Virus record (IMG/VR): IMGVR_UViG_3300023108_000024
Coordinates: 1 to 62,860 of that record
Length of the DNA stretch: 62,860 bases
Direction: 5' to 3' (one strand)
From: a virus
Taxonomy: Duplodnaviria; Caudoviricetes
Shown: positions 17,329-27,457 of the stretch, in pieces
Layout: each line of letters starts with the position of its first letter
Numbering within the stretch: position 1 is the first letter of the stretch
Translations under genes and position numbers: made by a program
Notes under the pieces: generated by a model
Seen by the model: only the letters and a program-made list of their open reading frames with translations
Databases searched by the model: none
What the model was told of the DNA's origin: nothing

Positions 17329-18372
17329 ATGCCAATGTTTGCTAATTTTCCAATTACAACCTATAATTTTGGTGAAGAGACATCAAATGTTTTATTTGAT
17401 AATATCACCACCTATATAGATCTTGTTGATGAATTTAAAGATGATTTAAGTTATTACTCAGAATACTTTATTCAGGACGGCGAAAGACCAGACATACTTT
17501 CTTACAAACTTTATGGCACAACTGAATATTATTATCTATTTTATCTTTTAAATGATAAGTTAAGAGTAAGTGGCTGGCCGCTAGATGAATCTGAATTGAT
17601 TGAAAAGGCAAACGAATTCTACCCACACAAAGCAATTCAGACTGATAACAACATAGCAGTAGGAATGTATAAAGGTGATTGGGTTGCATCTAGTGATTAC
17701 AACACCGTAGAATATCCAAGCTTTAAAGGTAAGATCATAGAGAAAAATCTCATGCTTGGACAATTAATTGTAGAGCCAGCAACTGAGATCAGAGACATTA
17801 ATATTACTAATCCAGGTTCTGGATATACATCCCCTCCCACAGTAACCATAACAGGTGGTAATGGTGAAGGCGCAACAGCAATCGCAACAATTGCCAATGG
17901 ATCAGTAACAGCTGTTACCATTACTAACAGAGGCACTGATTATACATCTATACCTACAATTACTTTATCATCTCCTCAGGTTGGTGCTAATACAGCAACT
18001 GCTGATGCTCTTATTTCATCTACTACAATTAACGCAGGTGACAGATTATATTCAGATCCAGGTGAAGACAATATTGACAATTGGAACCAGGTACCAAGTT
18101 CTATTCCCAACTTTAGAGTTGTAGGAGTAAAGGATCAAACTCTTGGTATTCATCATTATGAAAATGCAGATGGGGAATGGATTGATCTGGATGTACTAAA
18201 TACTGGTGGAGTTAATATATCCCAATTTGTTGGAGATACAACAGGTGCTGGTGGAGTAACATACCGCCAACAACTACGTAAAGAAAATGATGAATTAAGA
18301 CAAATAAATGTTTTTCTTCCACGAATTGCACGACAGCTGCATTTACAATTTAATAAACTTTTAAGGGTTTAA
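17329..18372 (+). CDS. 53: Baseplate wedge gp53 with an inserted GSGYT-type domain
   Basis: FANFP, DGERPDILSYKLYG, WPL, HHYE, ENDELRQI. Confidence 0.85.
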   Translation: MPMFANFPITTYNFGEETSNVLFDNITTYIDLVDEFKDDLSYYSEYFIQDGERPDILSYKLYGTTEYYYLFYLLNDKLRVSGWPLDESELIEKANEFYPHKAIQTDNNIAVGMYKGDWVASSDYNTVEYPSFKGKIIEKNLMLGQLIVEPATEIRDINITNPGSGYTSPPTVTITGGNGEGATAIATIANGSVTAVTITNRGTDYTSIPTITLSSPQVGANTATADALISSTTINAGDRLYSDPGEDNIDNWNQVPSSIPNFRVVGVKDQTLGIHHYENADGEWIDLDVLNTGGVNISQFVGDTTGAGGVTYRQQLRKENDELRQINVFLPRIARQLHLQFNKLLRV

Positions 18373-18373
18373 C

Positions 18374-19828
18374 ATGGCCTATTTGACGCCAGAATCTTTT
18401 GATTTAGGTTCAGTATACTTTTATACAAATCGCATGTCGGTTGATAATCCTAATGTTGATAATAAAATTGACATTAAAGAGGGTATAAGTGAATTTAGTA
18501 TATATGAACATCTAGGTAAGGCATATCTTACGGCTGAGATGATATATGTGGACGATCTTAATCTTTTTGAAATGCCTGGCATCATTGGCACTGAAAGAAT
18601 TCAATTTAATATTTCTACACCTCTTACTGAATCCGAATCAAATGTGTTTACGACTACCAAAAACTTTGTCATTAATGGAATAAACAAATTTAATAAACAC
18701 AATGAAGGTACATCCGTATATCATATTTCTCTTATAGAAGACCATGGATATTTTAATTATGTTCAGAAGATCAGTAAATCTTATTTTGGTAGTGGCGAGG
18801 ATATTATACAAACTATATTAAAAGACAATCTTAAAAAAGAAATTGATTTTGAATTTAATGACGGTAATCCATTTAGAAAGTCAGTACAGGGTGATATGAG
18901 GTATAATGTACCATTCCTTAAACCTCTTGATGCAGTAAAGGCTATTCTTGGTAAAATTACAACTTCTCATGGAATGCCATATCTACTCTATTCAAGTATA
19001 CACAGTGATAAACTTATTTTTACCGATCTAGAAACACTACTTGAAAAGGAACCATTTAATAAAGATAGAGCAGCTACGTTTAATCCGACCATGTCCTATA
19101 CTTCTGGTAACTTTATAGAGCAGATGTATAATATAAGTAAATATTCAATAACATACTCTACAGCAGAAGATACACTTAAACTTGCTCAAAATGGCGGTCT
19201 AGGGTTTAGATATGAAAACGTTGATACTAATGATGGTACGTATTATAATCAAAGTATGAATCTTAGAAATTTTATTGTGCCTTGGTTGGAAAATATATTT
19301 GATAAAAATGCATTGGGCTTTTTGGTAGATGATGATGTATTTGATCCTGATCCTTCAAACCAGAATGAAACAAATGTATCAGCACCGACTTTAGGTGATT
19401 ATAATTCTCAGGTGTATACTACTCTCAAGTCAAGTAACTTTGCGCCTAATAAAGAAAAAGGTATAAATGAGTCTCGTTCATTTCTTAATGATGTAGTAAG
19501 AGATGCTACTATGCATTATCTCACAAAAAATGTTTATGATATTGAAATGGCTGGTATGATATGGCTGGCCACTGATACGTCAAGAAGTGTAGGCGGCCAA
19601 GTTAACATTGCTGTAAATCAAGATACTGGTTTAAGTACTAATCAACATAATTATTCTTTAACAGATGATAAAAGATCTGGACCTCATTTAATAATTACTA
19701 AAAGACATCTATTCACACCCCATAATAAAAAAACAAGAGTAAGTGTTCAGGTATCAAGACTAGCCAACAGAGTATCTAAAGTAGGTGTTCGTGTAGTTGA
19801 GAATCAATCTTTGGTCGGGAGAGTATAA
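18374..19828 (+). CDS. Baseplate hub protein (gp27-like position)
   Basis: SIYEHL...PGIIGTERI, SKSYFG, RSGPHLI..KRHLF; lies between gp53 and gp5. Confidence 0.55.
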   Translation: MAYLTPESFDLGSVYFYTNRMSVDNPNVDNKIDIKEGISEFSIYEHLGKAYLTAEMIYVDDLNLFEMPGIIGTERIQFNISTPLTESESNVFTTTKNFVINGINKFNKHNEGTSVYHISLIEDHGYFNYVQKISKSYFGSGEDIIQTILKDNLKKEIDFEFNDGNPFRKSVQGDMRYNVPFLKPLDAVKAILGKITTSHGMPYLLYSSIHSDKLIFTDLETLLEKEPFNKDRAATFNPTMSYTSGNFIEQMYNISKYSITYSTAEDTLKLAQNGGLGFRYENVDTNDGTYYNQSMNLRNFIVPWLENIFDKNALGFLVDDDVFDPDPSNQNETNVSAPTLGDYNSQVYTTLKSSNFAPNKEKGINESRSFLNDVVRDATMHYLTKNVYDIEMAGMIWLATDTSRSVGGQVNIAVNQDTGLSTNQHNYSLTDDKRSGPHLIITKRHLFTPHNKKTRVSVQVSRLANRVSKVGVRVVENQSLVGRV

Positions 19829-20799
19829 TGTATTATGGAGATAAGACCCGTTGGTTTATAGGTACCGCAATTGAAATCAATAAAGATTTTCCTGGGAAGA
19901 TTAAGGTAAGAATATTTGGTATTCATGGACCCGATATTGATAATGCCAATTTACCTTGGGCAGACATTTTAATACCCACCACAGAAGCCGGGACATCAGG
20001 TATTGGTAAAATACCTCAGATACATCCACCGGCTAGGGTTTATGGGTTTTTCTTAGATGGTGAAAATTCACAGTCTCCTATTGTATTAGGATCAATGTTT
20101 ACCACAGAAAGAGAATCAGCAACCCAACAAAGATTGAGAACCACTGTCAATAGAGGTTCCACAAGCAGCAGTGTAGACGCAAGTAGTACTATTAAGCATG
20201 ATGGGTTTATACAACCCAATAATCTTATAAAGAATTACAATACAGTTGAAAGGGCTGCTGGTGGTTACGGTTCATCAGCCATGGTAAAAAAATCTGTAAT
20301 TATTATGAGTTATCTTACCCAAAATGGATATACACCATTACAAGCTGCCGGTATAGTAGGCAACCTCACAAAAGAAAGTTTTAATGCAAAGGACAATGTG
20401 TATTTTGATCCTACTGCTTTGGGTGACAACGGTAATTCTTATGGCTTGGCACAATGGAATAATAGTGCTAATGCAGGATTTAGATGGAATAAATTAAAAA
20501 ATTATGCCAACCTTAGAAATTTACCCGAAAGTGATTTCTTTGGGCAGTTGGGTTATTTGGTTAATACTTTAAACGGTTCATTAGGTGGTAAAGATACTGA
20601 TGCGTCAGAATATTCTTATGTGCATCGTAGGCTCATAAACAGTAATAGAATAAACGGTCCTAAAGGTGATAATAACGCAACGTGGGTTTTTCTTGATAGA
20701 TATGAAAACCCTGCTAATAAGGATAGTGAGTATATTACACGGTCTAAATATGCAACAGATGCCCTATCTTGGTATGAAGCATCTATTAATGGAGTATAA
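19828..20799 (+). CDS. 5: gp5 N-terminal OB-fold fused to a phage tail lysozyme (Phage_lysozyme2-like)
   Basis: WFIG...KIKVRIFGIH...LPWA...VYGFFLDGENSQSPIVLG, then QAAGIVGNLTKES, YGLAQWN and YENP. Confidence 0.8.
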   Translation: MYYGDKTRWFIGTAIEINKDFPGKIKVRIFGIHGPDIDNANLPWADILIPTTEAGTSGIGKIPQIHPPARVYGFFLDGENSQSPIVLGSMFTTERESATQQRLRTTVNRGSTSSSVDASSTIKHDGFIQPNNLIKNYNTVERAAGGYGSSAMVKKSVIIMSYLTQNGYTPLQAAGIVGNLTKESFNAKDNVYFDPTALGDNGNSYGLAQWNNSANAGFRWNKLKNYANLRNLPESDFFGQLGYLVNTLNGSLGGKDTDASEYSYVHRRLINSNRINGPKGDNNATWVFLDRYENPANKDSEYITRSKYATDALSWYEASINGV

Positions 20800-20801
20800 T
20801 T

Positions 20802-22448
20802 ATGTCACTGTCAAATGATCTTAACTTTATTGCGGCTACCGTAACATCAACTGCTAAAAAATTAGACCACTCTGTAAAAGAAAAATTAAATGATGCCCAG
20901 GCCCAACAAATACTTGAAAATACATCTAAGGCAGGTCTTAAAGTAAATGAGGAAATAGGTGGTATAATATCTTTAAATGCCTCTAGTGATATGATTAAAA
21001 ACGTAGAGGGTAGTATACCGACTCAATCTATAGGCCAACTACCAATCACAAAGCTTACTTCAAATATGAAAGGCCTGAAGGCAACACTAGAACCTGTTGC
21101 ATCTACAGTGCTTAAAGAAACAAGTAAAAATCTTACTAATGCTACCCTTGCAGTTGAAACAAATTTAAATGAAGTTATATCGTTGGGGTCAATAGAAGCA
21201 ATATCATCATCGCTAAAATCTATTGTACCTGACATTAAGGCAAATGAAATAAATTCTATTATTAAAGAAGCCGTTGTTGATGTATCAAAGCCCATTGTAG
21301 ATCTAAAGGCTGCTGGTAGTAACTTTGATGAATTTTTAGAAGACCTAGATGAGATTAATGAAATTCTTGAAAAAAACCTTAACAATGTAATTGCAACTGT
21401 CGCTGGCACTAGTGGAGTAAAACCAGGTCTTGCCGGGCTTCTAAATAGTGTATCTAGTGATGTAATAAAATTTAAAAATGAAGCTCTATCTATTTTTAAC
21501 ATTGGATTTAATTCAATGGTTGAAAATGCTATTGAAAAATCCTTTGCCCCCGCCACAAATATTCTTAATGAATTTGCAACTAAGAATGGTATTCCTATAA
21601 AAATAAAAGATAAAGATAAAGCAGCAATTTTTACAAATATACAAAACGGAAATATTTTGGCAGCGGTCAATATTTTACAAAAATATAGTGATAGACCTCT
21701 AGATGATTTAGTAACAGGGGTCAGAAAAATTGATAATAGAATGTCAACATTTCAACATAAAAAATCAGAGGCTGCTGTTTCGGTAACTCCAGTATCAAGA
21801 GATCTTTCTAAAATAGAAGTTGACTGGAGAAATGGATATCCAGTAAATAATGGATATGATTATTACTTAGACTATATAGTATCTTCAGAAGAAGAATTAA
21901 TTACAGAAATATCTACTATCAAGAGAGCTTTCACTGAAGTAATAATTGATTGTACTGGTACACCATCTGATGTAGCAAATGATATGTACAGCATTCATTA
22001 TCATGAAGCCCGAGACTATATTAAAAGTAATGGGTTTCCATGGCACTATTATATTTTAAAAACAGGTATAATAGAAAGAGTGAGACCCGTAAATATTGAA
22101 TCTATTAATGTTGGTGGTACTAAAAATCATGACAAGAGATCTATTATTATAATGATTGATGGAGGTACTACTACGCCATATTATGAAGACTATGATTTTA
22201 ATAAACATGCCGTAAGAGATAAGGGTATTAATCAAGCCCAATATGCGACTCTAGAAAAGATACTTAGAAACATTTATTATTACTATCCGGGCACACAGGT
22301 TTTTGGTTATCATGAAATAAACAAAGAAGCATTTCCATATCTCAATGTACCTAATTACATTCAATCAAAATTTAATAAGAAAAATATTTTTAACCCATTT
22401 GAAAGAGATTCCTTGACACTTGATGAACTAAGAAGGGGCGGTGTATAA
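20802..22448 (+). CDS. Helical protein with a C-terminal N-acetylmuramoyl-L-alanine amidase-like (T7 lysozyme-like) domain
   Basis: VIIDCTGT, WHYYILKTGIIERVRP, SIIIMIDGG, QYATLEKIL, VFGYHE. Confidence 0.65.
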   Translation: MSLSNDLNFIAATVTSTAKKLDHSVKEKLNDAQAQQILENTSKAGLKVNEEIGGIISLNASSDMIKNVEGSIPTQSIGQLPITKLTSNMKGLKATLEPVASTVLKETSKNLTNATLAVETNLNEVISLGSIEAISSSLKSIVPDIKANEINSIIKEAVVDVSKPIVDLKAAGSNFDEFLEDLDEINEILEKNLNNVIATVAGTSGVKPGLAGLLNSVSSDVIKFKNEALSIFNIGFNSMVENAIEKSFAPATNILNEFATKNGIPIKIKDKDKAAIFTNIQNGNILAAVNILQKYSDRPLDDLVTGVRKIDNRMSTFQHKKSEAAVSVTPVSRDLSKIEVDWRNGYPVNNGYDYYLDYIVSSEEELITEISTIKRAFTEVIIDCTGTPSDVANDMYSIHYHEARDYIKSNGFPWHYYILKTGIIERVRPVNIESINVGGTKNHDKRSIIIMIDGGTTTPYYEDYDFNKHAVRDKGINQAQYATLEKILRNIYYYYPGTQVFGYHEINKEAFPYLNVPNYIQSKFNKKNIFNPFERDSLTLDELRRGGV

Positions 22449-24991
22449 TGTTAAGTAAAAGCAATCTAGCCAAAACTGCAGCGCAGAATCAAAAAAATAA
22501 TCAGCATGAAGATATTACAGGTACTTACCCCACCATTGATTATGTTGGTGCTTTTAATTATTCTAAAGAAGCCTTAGGTAATAAAAGGACAGAACTTTAT
22601 TATAATGGCGCAATTGATGGAATACCTATTGATAATACAGATTTGATTCAATCTGAATATCCCCTTAATCAAGTACAAAAAAGCTTTTCAGGCCACAGCT
22701 TTGAAATGGATGATACACCAGGTGCTGAACGTATCATTATAAAACACACTACAGGTGCAGGTGTAGAAATAGGTAAGGATGGTTCTATCTCTATTTCAAC
22801 AATTAAAAATAGTATTCAAGTTACGGGTGGTGATCAATTTATTACAATTACTGGAGACGGTACAATTAATTATGGTGGTAACCTTGAACTAAATGTAACA
22901 GGTGATTTTAACATAAATTGTATGAATTTTAATGTAAAGACCAGAGGAAACAAAACTGAAAACATTAGTGGCTTTAGCAAATCAAAAAGTCTTGGTCAAG
23001 AGAATATTGTAAACGGCCCATCATTTGAGGTCTATACTCAACAGGTAACAGAATTGATGTTGGCCAATCATGATCATATGGTAAAGGGTGTATCTACTCA
23101 TCTTGTTGAGAATGATATGAAAACCTTTGTAGGTGGAAATCTATACATGACAACAGAGGGCATCTTGGCTCAGTCTGCAGACGATATGAACCTATCTGCT
23201 AATAATATGACTGTGCAGGGTGGCACGGGTATTATTGGCGGTACTGCTGTTGACTTTGTCGGCAATGGAGCTGTATTTGATCAAGGAGTCAAGGCTCCAA
23301 CATTTCATGGAGATCTAACAGGTAGAGCTGATGAAGCAATTTCGGCAGACACATCAGTATTTGCTGCTACAGCAGGAGCTGCACCAACTGGTCTGGCAGG
23401 AGCAGCAGAAAATTGGACAAATACAAATACAGCTGTGCCCGCAAACATTGAGGATGTAAATGCAGCAAACTATGCTGTACCAGATGCATCTTCGGTAGCC
23501 GAATATCTTACAAAACTTAATGGCGGTATTCGTAAGGTCAAGGTAGACAATAATAATTACATTAAAAACAAAATTGACCCTAAAGTAGATACTGGTGGCA
23601 TTCTCTATAATATTGATGAGGTGACACCTGACTTAATTAGATCAAGACTTAGAAATAAAAAGAATGCTGAGAACAAAGCCTTCCTTGAATTTATTCTTAA
23701 AAATCAATTAATCAACAATAGTTATTTTGAAGAAAAAACACCAGCTGGTTATGGTAGATCAACACAAAGAGAGACATCGCCTGTTGTTGGTACTACTTCA
23801 TTTGGTCCTAGTGGGCAGACTAATACAGTATCAACATCTACAAAAATTCCTACTAAAAATATTATACCAGATCCAGAATTTAATTATTTAAATCTCGGAG
23901 ATATAACGTCTCGTACCAAGTTGTCAAAAAATATTACAATGGCAACTTTCTTGGGTACCAAAGATCCAACAAACATTGATTTTATCAGAGACCAAGAAGT
24001 CAAACGACAAATTGCAAAGTATTTAACAATACATGCAAACATACTTGAAATAGTTAATAATGAAAAAACGTTATTGAAAAATCTTATTGTAAAACCAGTT
24101 GAAAGTATTTACAGACCTGGTGAATTCGAAATATTTGATACCGGATCTGACACTGATTTAAAAATTAAGGGTCGATTGGTAATATATGATATTGTTGATA
24201 AAACCACAGGTAAATCTAATCCAACCCAAATGTATGATCTTGCTGTATTTCTTAAAGACAGAATACCATTTGATATCATTTCTCTTGAATATGATAATAT
24301 TAATATTGTGGATGATGAATATAATGCTAGAATGGCTATCTATCTACCTGAATTAAATCAGGACTATCAGGGAGATTTTAAACAAAAAATTAATACCAAA
24401 TTTAATGGTGAGATAGTATCGCAAAACGAGTTTATAGAACTACAAGCAAATAAGAAAGAAATTACACCCATACCATATACTGAAGAAATAAAAAATAATA
24501 AAACATTTGATTATAAAGTATCAATAAAGAATTCAACTATTGATCGTAAATATATTAAAGACCAATGGGTATTGAGAAACCTATCTGATAATGCTGAAGA
24601 AGTATTGCTTAAAATTCTTGAAAACGAATTTAGTGATCTTATGTCTTTATGCAACTTTCAAATCTATACAACACCACAAGGTATACTTCCCAAAACTAAA
24701 GGTAGTAGAAAAAAAACCTCTCAGCATTTAAAAGGTAAAGCCTTTGATATAAGTGTTGCTGGTTGGTCTAATGATCAAAAGAAATTATTTATTAACAATG
24801 CACTTACGGTAGGTTTCCAGGGCTTTGGGTTTTATCCAGAGACTGGTGAATATAACTTTATACACATTGATATGGGCCCAGCAAGGTGGTGGAAAGCAAC
24901 AGAGTCTTGGGCGGGTGAGAGTGTCGAAAATGATTGGGTACCTCACATAAATAAGAATCGCAAACGAGAAAATCCATATTTAAGCTTATAA
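22448..24991 (+). CDS. gp5 C-terminal beta-helix region fused to a C-terminal peptidase M15-like domain
   Basis: YPLNQV...SGHSFEMDDTPGAERI..KHTTG (gp5 motif); SQHLKGKAFDI...FIHIDMGPARWW (M15 Zn ligands H, D, H). Confidence 0.8.
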   Translation: MLSKSNLAKTAAQNQKNNQHEDITGTYPTIDYVGAFNYSKEALGNKRTELYYNGAIDGIPIDNTDLIQSEYPLNQVQKSFSGHSFEMDDTPGAERIIIKHTTGAGVEIGKDGSISISTIKNSIQVTGGDQFITITGDGTINYGGNLELNVTGDFNINCMNFNVKTRGNKTENISGFSKSKSLGQENIVNGPSFEVYTQQVTELMLANHDHMVKGVSTHLVENDMKTFVGGNLYMTTEGILAQSADDMNLSANNMTVQGGTGIIGGTAVDFVGNGAVFDQGVKAPTFHGDLTGRADEAISADTSVFAATAGAAPTGLAGAAENWTNTNTAVPANIEDVNAANYAVPDASSVAEYLTKLNGGIRKVKVDNNNYIKNKIDPKVDTGGILYNIDEVTPDLIRSRLRNKKNAENKAFLEFILKNQLINNSYFEEKTPAGYGRSTQRETSPVVGTTSFGPSGQTNTVSTSTKIPTKNIIPDPEFNYLNLGDITSRTKLSKNITMATFLGTKDPTNIDFIRDQEVKRQIAKYLTIHANILEIVNNEKTLLKNLIVKPVESIYRPGEFEIFDTGSDTDLKIKGRLVIYDIVDKTTGKSNPTQMYDLAVFLKDRIPFDIISLEYDNINIVDDEYNARMAIYLPELNQDYQGDFKQKINTKFNGEIVSQNEFIELQANKKEITPIPYTEEIKNNKTFDYKVSIKNSTIDRKYIKDQWVLRNLSDNAEEVLLKILENEFSDLMSLCNFQIYTTPQGILPKTKGSRKKTSQHLKGKAFDISVAGWSNDQKKLFINNALTVGFQGFGFYPETGEYNFIHIDMGPARWWKATESWAGESVENDWVPHINKNRKRENPYLSL

Positions 24992-24994
24992 ATA
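24987..24994 (+). promoter_or_regulatory. T4-type late promoter
   Basis: TATAAATA upstream of gene 25. Confidence 0.75.
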
Positions 24995-25011
24995 AGACTA
25001 AAGGTTGAGAC

Positions 25012-25455
25012 ATGGTAACAAGAGTAAAATCAGCAGAAGATGGTAATTTAAATGTCGGTACAATACGGGCCGCCAGAAGTGTGCCATTTTCTGATATTGA
25101 TCTTACCTTTGCCATTAAGGATAATGGTGAACTTAGAAAGAAAAAAGAAGCGGCCGCAGTAAAGCAGGCCATTAGAAATCTTCTTCTTACTAACAAATTT
25201 GAAAAACCATTTAACCCCGACTTTGGTGGCAACCTAATAAATCTACTTTTTGAATTGGCTGGTAGTTCAACTAATATTATTTTGAAAAAAGATATCATTA
25301 AAACCATAAATGTATATGAACCACGTGCAAATGTATTGGACGTTTCTATACAAGATGGTACTGATTATAACTCAATATATGTGACAGTTACTTTTAGAGT
25401 AATGAATAGTAGAGAAGTAATTTCAACAACAACTGCTTTATCAAGGTTGAGATAG
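25012..25455 (+). CDS. 25: Baseplate wedge gp25
   Basis: FSDIDLTF, AVKQAIRNLLLTNKFEKPFNPDFG, YEPR, ending LSRLR. Confidence 0.93.
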   Translation: MVTRVKSAEDGNLNVGTIRAARSVPFSDIDLTFAIKDNGELRKKKEAAAVKQAIRNLLLTNKFEKPFNPDFGGNLINLLFELAGSSTNIILKKDIIKTINVYEPRANVLDVSIQDGTDYNSIYVTVTFRVMNSREVISTTTALSRLR

Positions 25456-25456
25456 T

Positions 25457-27457
25457 ATGGCAACAACAATAAAATCATCATCATTAGATTTTAATTCTTT
25501 AAAGAATAATCTAAAAACCTATTTGCAAAATAGTGAAGAGTTTGCGGACTATGATTTCGAAGCATCCGGTCTTTCAAACATTCTAGATGTGTTGGCACAT
25601 AATACACATATGAATGGCCTCTTGGCAAACTTTGCTCTTAATGAATCATACTTATCAACTGCTCAATTAAGAAGTTCCGCTATCTCTTTGGCAGAAGGCA
25701 TTGGTTACATACCCGACTCTGCAACAGCTTCTCAGGGCCGTGTTAGAGTATATTATACAACTTCTACTACACCACGTGAATCACCAGTAACTCTTCCGGC
25801 CTATACTCAGTTTAATGCAACAGTTGATAATGAAACATATACATTTCTTACAATTGAGCCATATGTTGCTACTGATGATGGAAATGGTTTTTATGAATTT
25901 AAGACTGATCTTGGTCTTAATGAAATTACAATTTATGAGGGCACACTTAAAACTAAAACATTTCTTGTAGGTGAATATCAGGATAATCCCGTATACGTAA
26001 TTCCAGATACAGGTTTATTTGCCGATAGTGTTACCGTAAGGGTTTATCCAGATGCTACTTCAAGTGAATTTACAGACTATACAAATATTCTTAATGCAAC
26101 AACTATTAACGCAAGTACCAAAGTTTACATCTTAAGAGAATCACCTAATGGTTATTTTGAATTGTCTTTTGGTGATGGTAATACGTTTGGTATTGCTCCC
26201 ACATCAGGTGCTAAGATAGAAGTGATTTATCTTTCCACTTCAGGAGCTGAAGCGAATGGTGCTAATAGATTTACTGCTGCGCAACAATATACAACAGGTG
26301 GTGATAATTCAATTACAGTTGATTTGATTACTACGACCCTTCAAAGAAGTGTTGGTGGCAAGCCAAAAGAATCTATAGAATCAATTAGAAAAAATGCTCC
26401 ATTCTCATATGCATCTCAAAACCGTATGGTGACAGCTGCTGACTATTCGTCTTTGATTCTTAAAAACTATTCCTCACTCATTAAGGATATTATTTCTTGG
26501 GGTGGTGAAGATGCAGCTCAGCCTGAATTTGGTGCCGTGTTCACTTCTATACTATTTGAGGATGGTATTTCAGATAGTACAATACAATCAGTTAAACAAG
26601 GTATAGTAAGTCTTGCCGAACAACTTGCTGTAGCGTCATTTAATCTAAGATTTGCAGATCCTGTTACTACTTATATTGAGGTTGACACATATTTCCAATT
26701 CAACCCAACTAAAACCGATAAAACATCTAATACTGTAAAAGATGAAGTAAACACAGTAGTCAGCAATTATTTTACTAATACTACGGGTGTTTTTAATAGT
26801 TCATTTAGAAGATCAAATATGTTATCTTTGATTGATGATGTAAACACTGCTGTGCTATCATCTCGTGCTGATATTAGAATGCAGAGAAGATTTACCCCAA
26901 CTAATCCTAATCTAGTAACTGTAATTAATAATATTACTGATACTGGCAATCTTACAGGTGCCGAACTTGATTATGTTGTCAAACTAGTAAATTCAAGAAA
27001 CTATAATGGCGCGGCCAATTTCCTTTTGGATTTCTCATCACAGAACTATACATCGATTCGCACTACACTGTCAACTACCGCTATATCAAATGTACAACAA
27101 ATTATATATCCAGTGCCATTATCAGAACCCGATAATGATCAATATATTATAACAAGTAATACTTTTGTTTACAATGGTATTAACTGCCAATTGAGAAATG
27201 CTCTTAATAGTAGAACAATCAATATTATTAATGCCGGTTCAGGGCTCACCGTATTAGAGGGTGTTGGTACCTGGCAGGATAACAAAGTTACTATTGATTA
27301 CTTTATTCCATCTACTATTTCAGGTACAGATACTCAAATAGCTTTGTCAGCAGTGCCTGCAAACCAAAGCGCCATTACGCCAATTAGAAACGATCTTTTG
27401 GTTTATGATCCAAATAGATCTTCGGTGAATGCTGTATTGGTAACAGCGGAGAACTAA
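25457..27457 (+). CDS. 6: Baseplate wedge gp6
   Basis: LDFNSLKNNLKTYL..EFADYDFEASGLS.ILDVLAHNTH, FGDG, ESIESIRKNAP..QNRMVTAADY. Confidence 0.95.
   Translation: MATTIKSSSLDFNSLKNNLKTYLQNSEEFADYDFEASGLSNILDVLAHNTHMNGLLANFALNESYLSTAQLRSSAISLAEGIGYIPDSATASQGRVRVYYTTSTTPRESPVTLPAYTQFNATVDNETYTFLTIEPYVATDDGNGFYEFKTDLGLNEITIYEGTLKTKTFLVGEYQDNPVYVIPDTGLFADSVTVRVYPDATSSEFTDYTNILNATTINASTKVYILRESPNGYFELSFGDGNTFGIAPTSGAKIEVIYLSTSGAEANGANRFTAAQQYTTGGDNSITVDLITTTLQRSVGGKPKESIESIRKNAPFSYASQNRMVTAADYSSLILKNYSSLIKDIISWGGEDAAQPEFGAVFTSILFEDGISDSTIQSVKQGIVSLAEQLAVASFNLRFADPVTTYIEVDTYFQFNPTKTDKTSNTVKDEVNTVVSNYFTNTTGVFNSSFRRSNMLSLIDDVNTAVLSSRADIRMQRRFTPTNPNLVTVINNITDTGNLTGAELDYVVKLVNSRNYNGAANFLLDFSSQNYTSIRTTLSTTAISNVQQIIYPVPLSEPDNDQYIITSNTFVYNGINCQLRNALNSRTINIINAGSGLTVLEGVGTWQDNKVTIDYFIPSTISGTDTQIALSAVPANQSAITPIRNDLLVYDPNRSSVNAVLVTAEN

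Noticed and set aside
21023-21670. 215-aa minus-strand ORF, and similar ones at 24858, 28865, 31575, 32895 and 39413
   Set aside because: They lie antisense to clear structural genes, with no RBS or recognisable motifs. They are explained by plus-strand codon bias.
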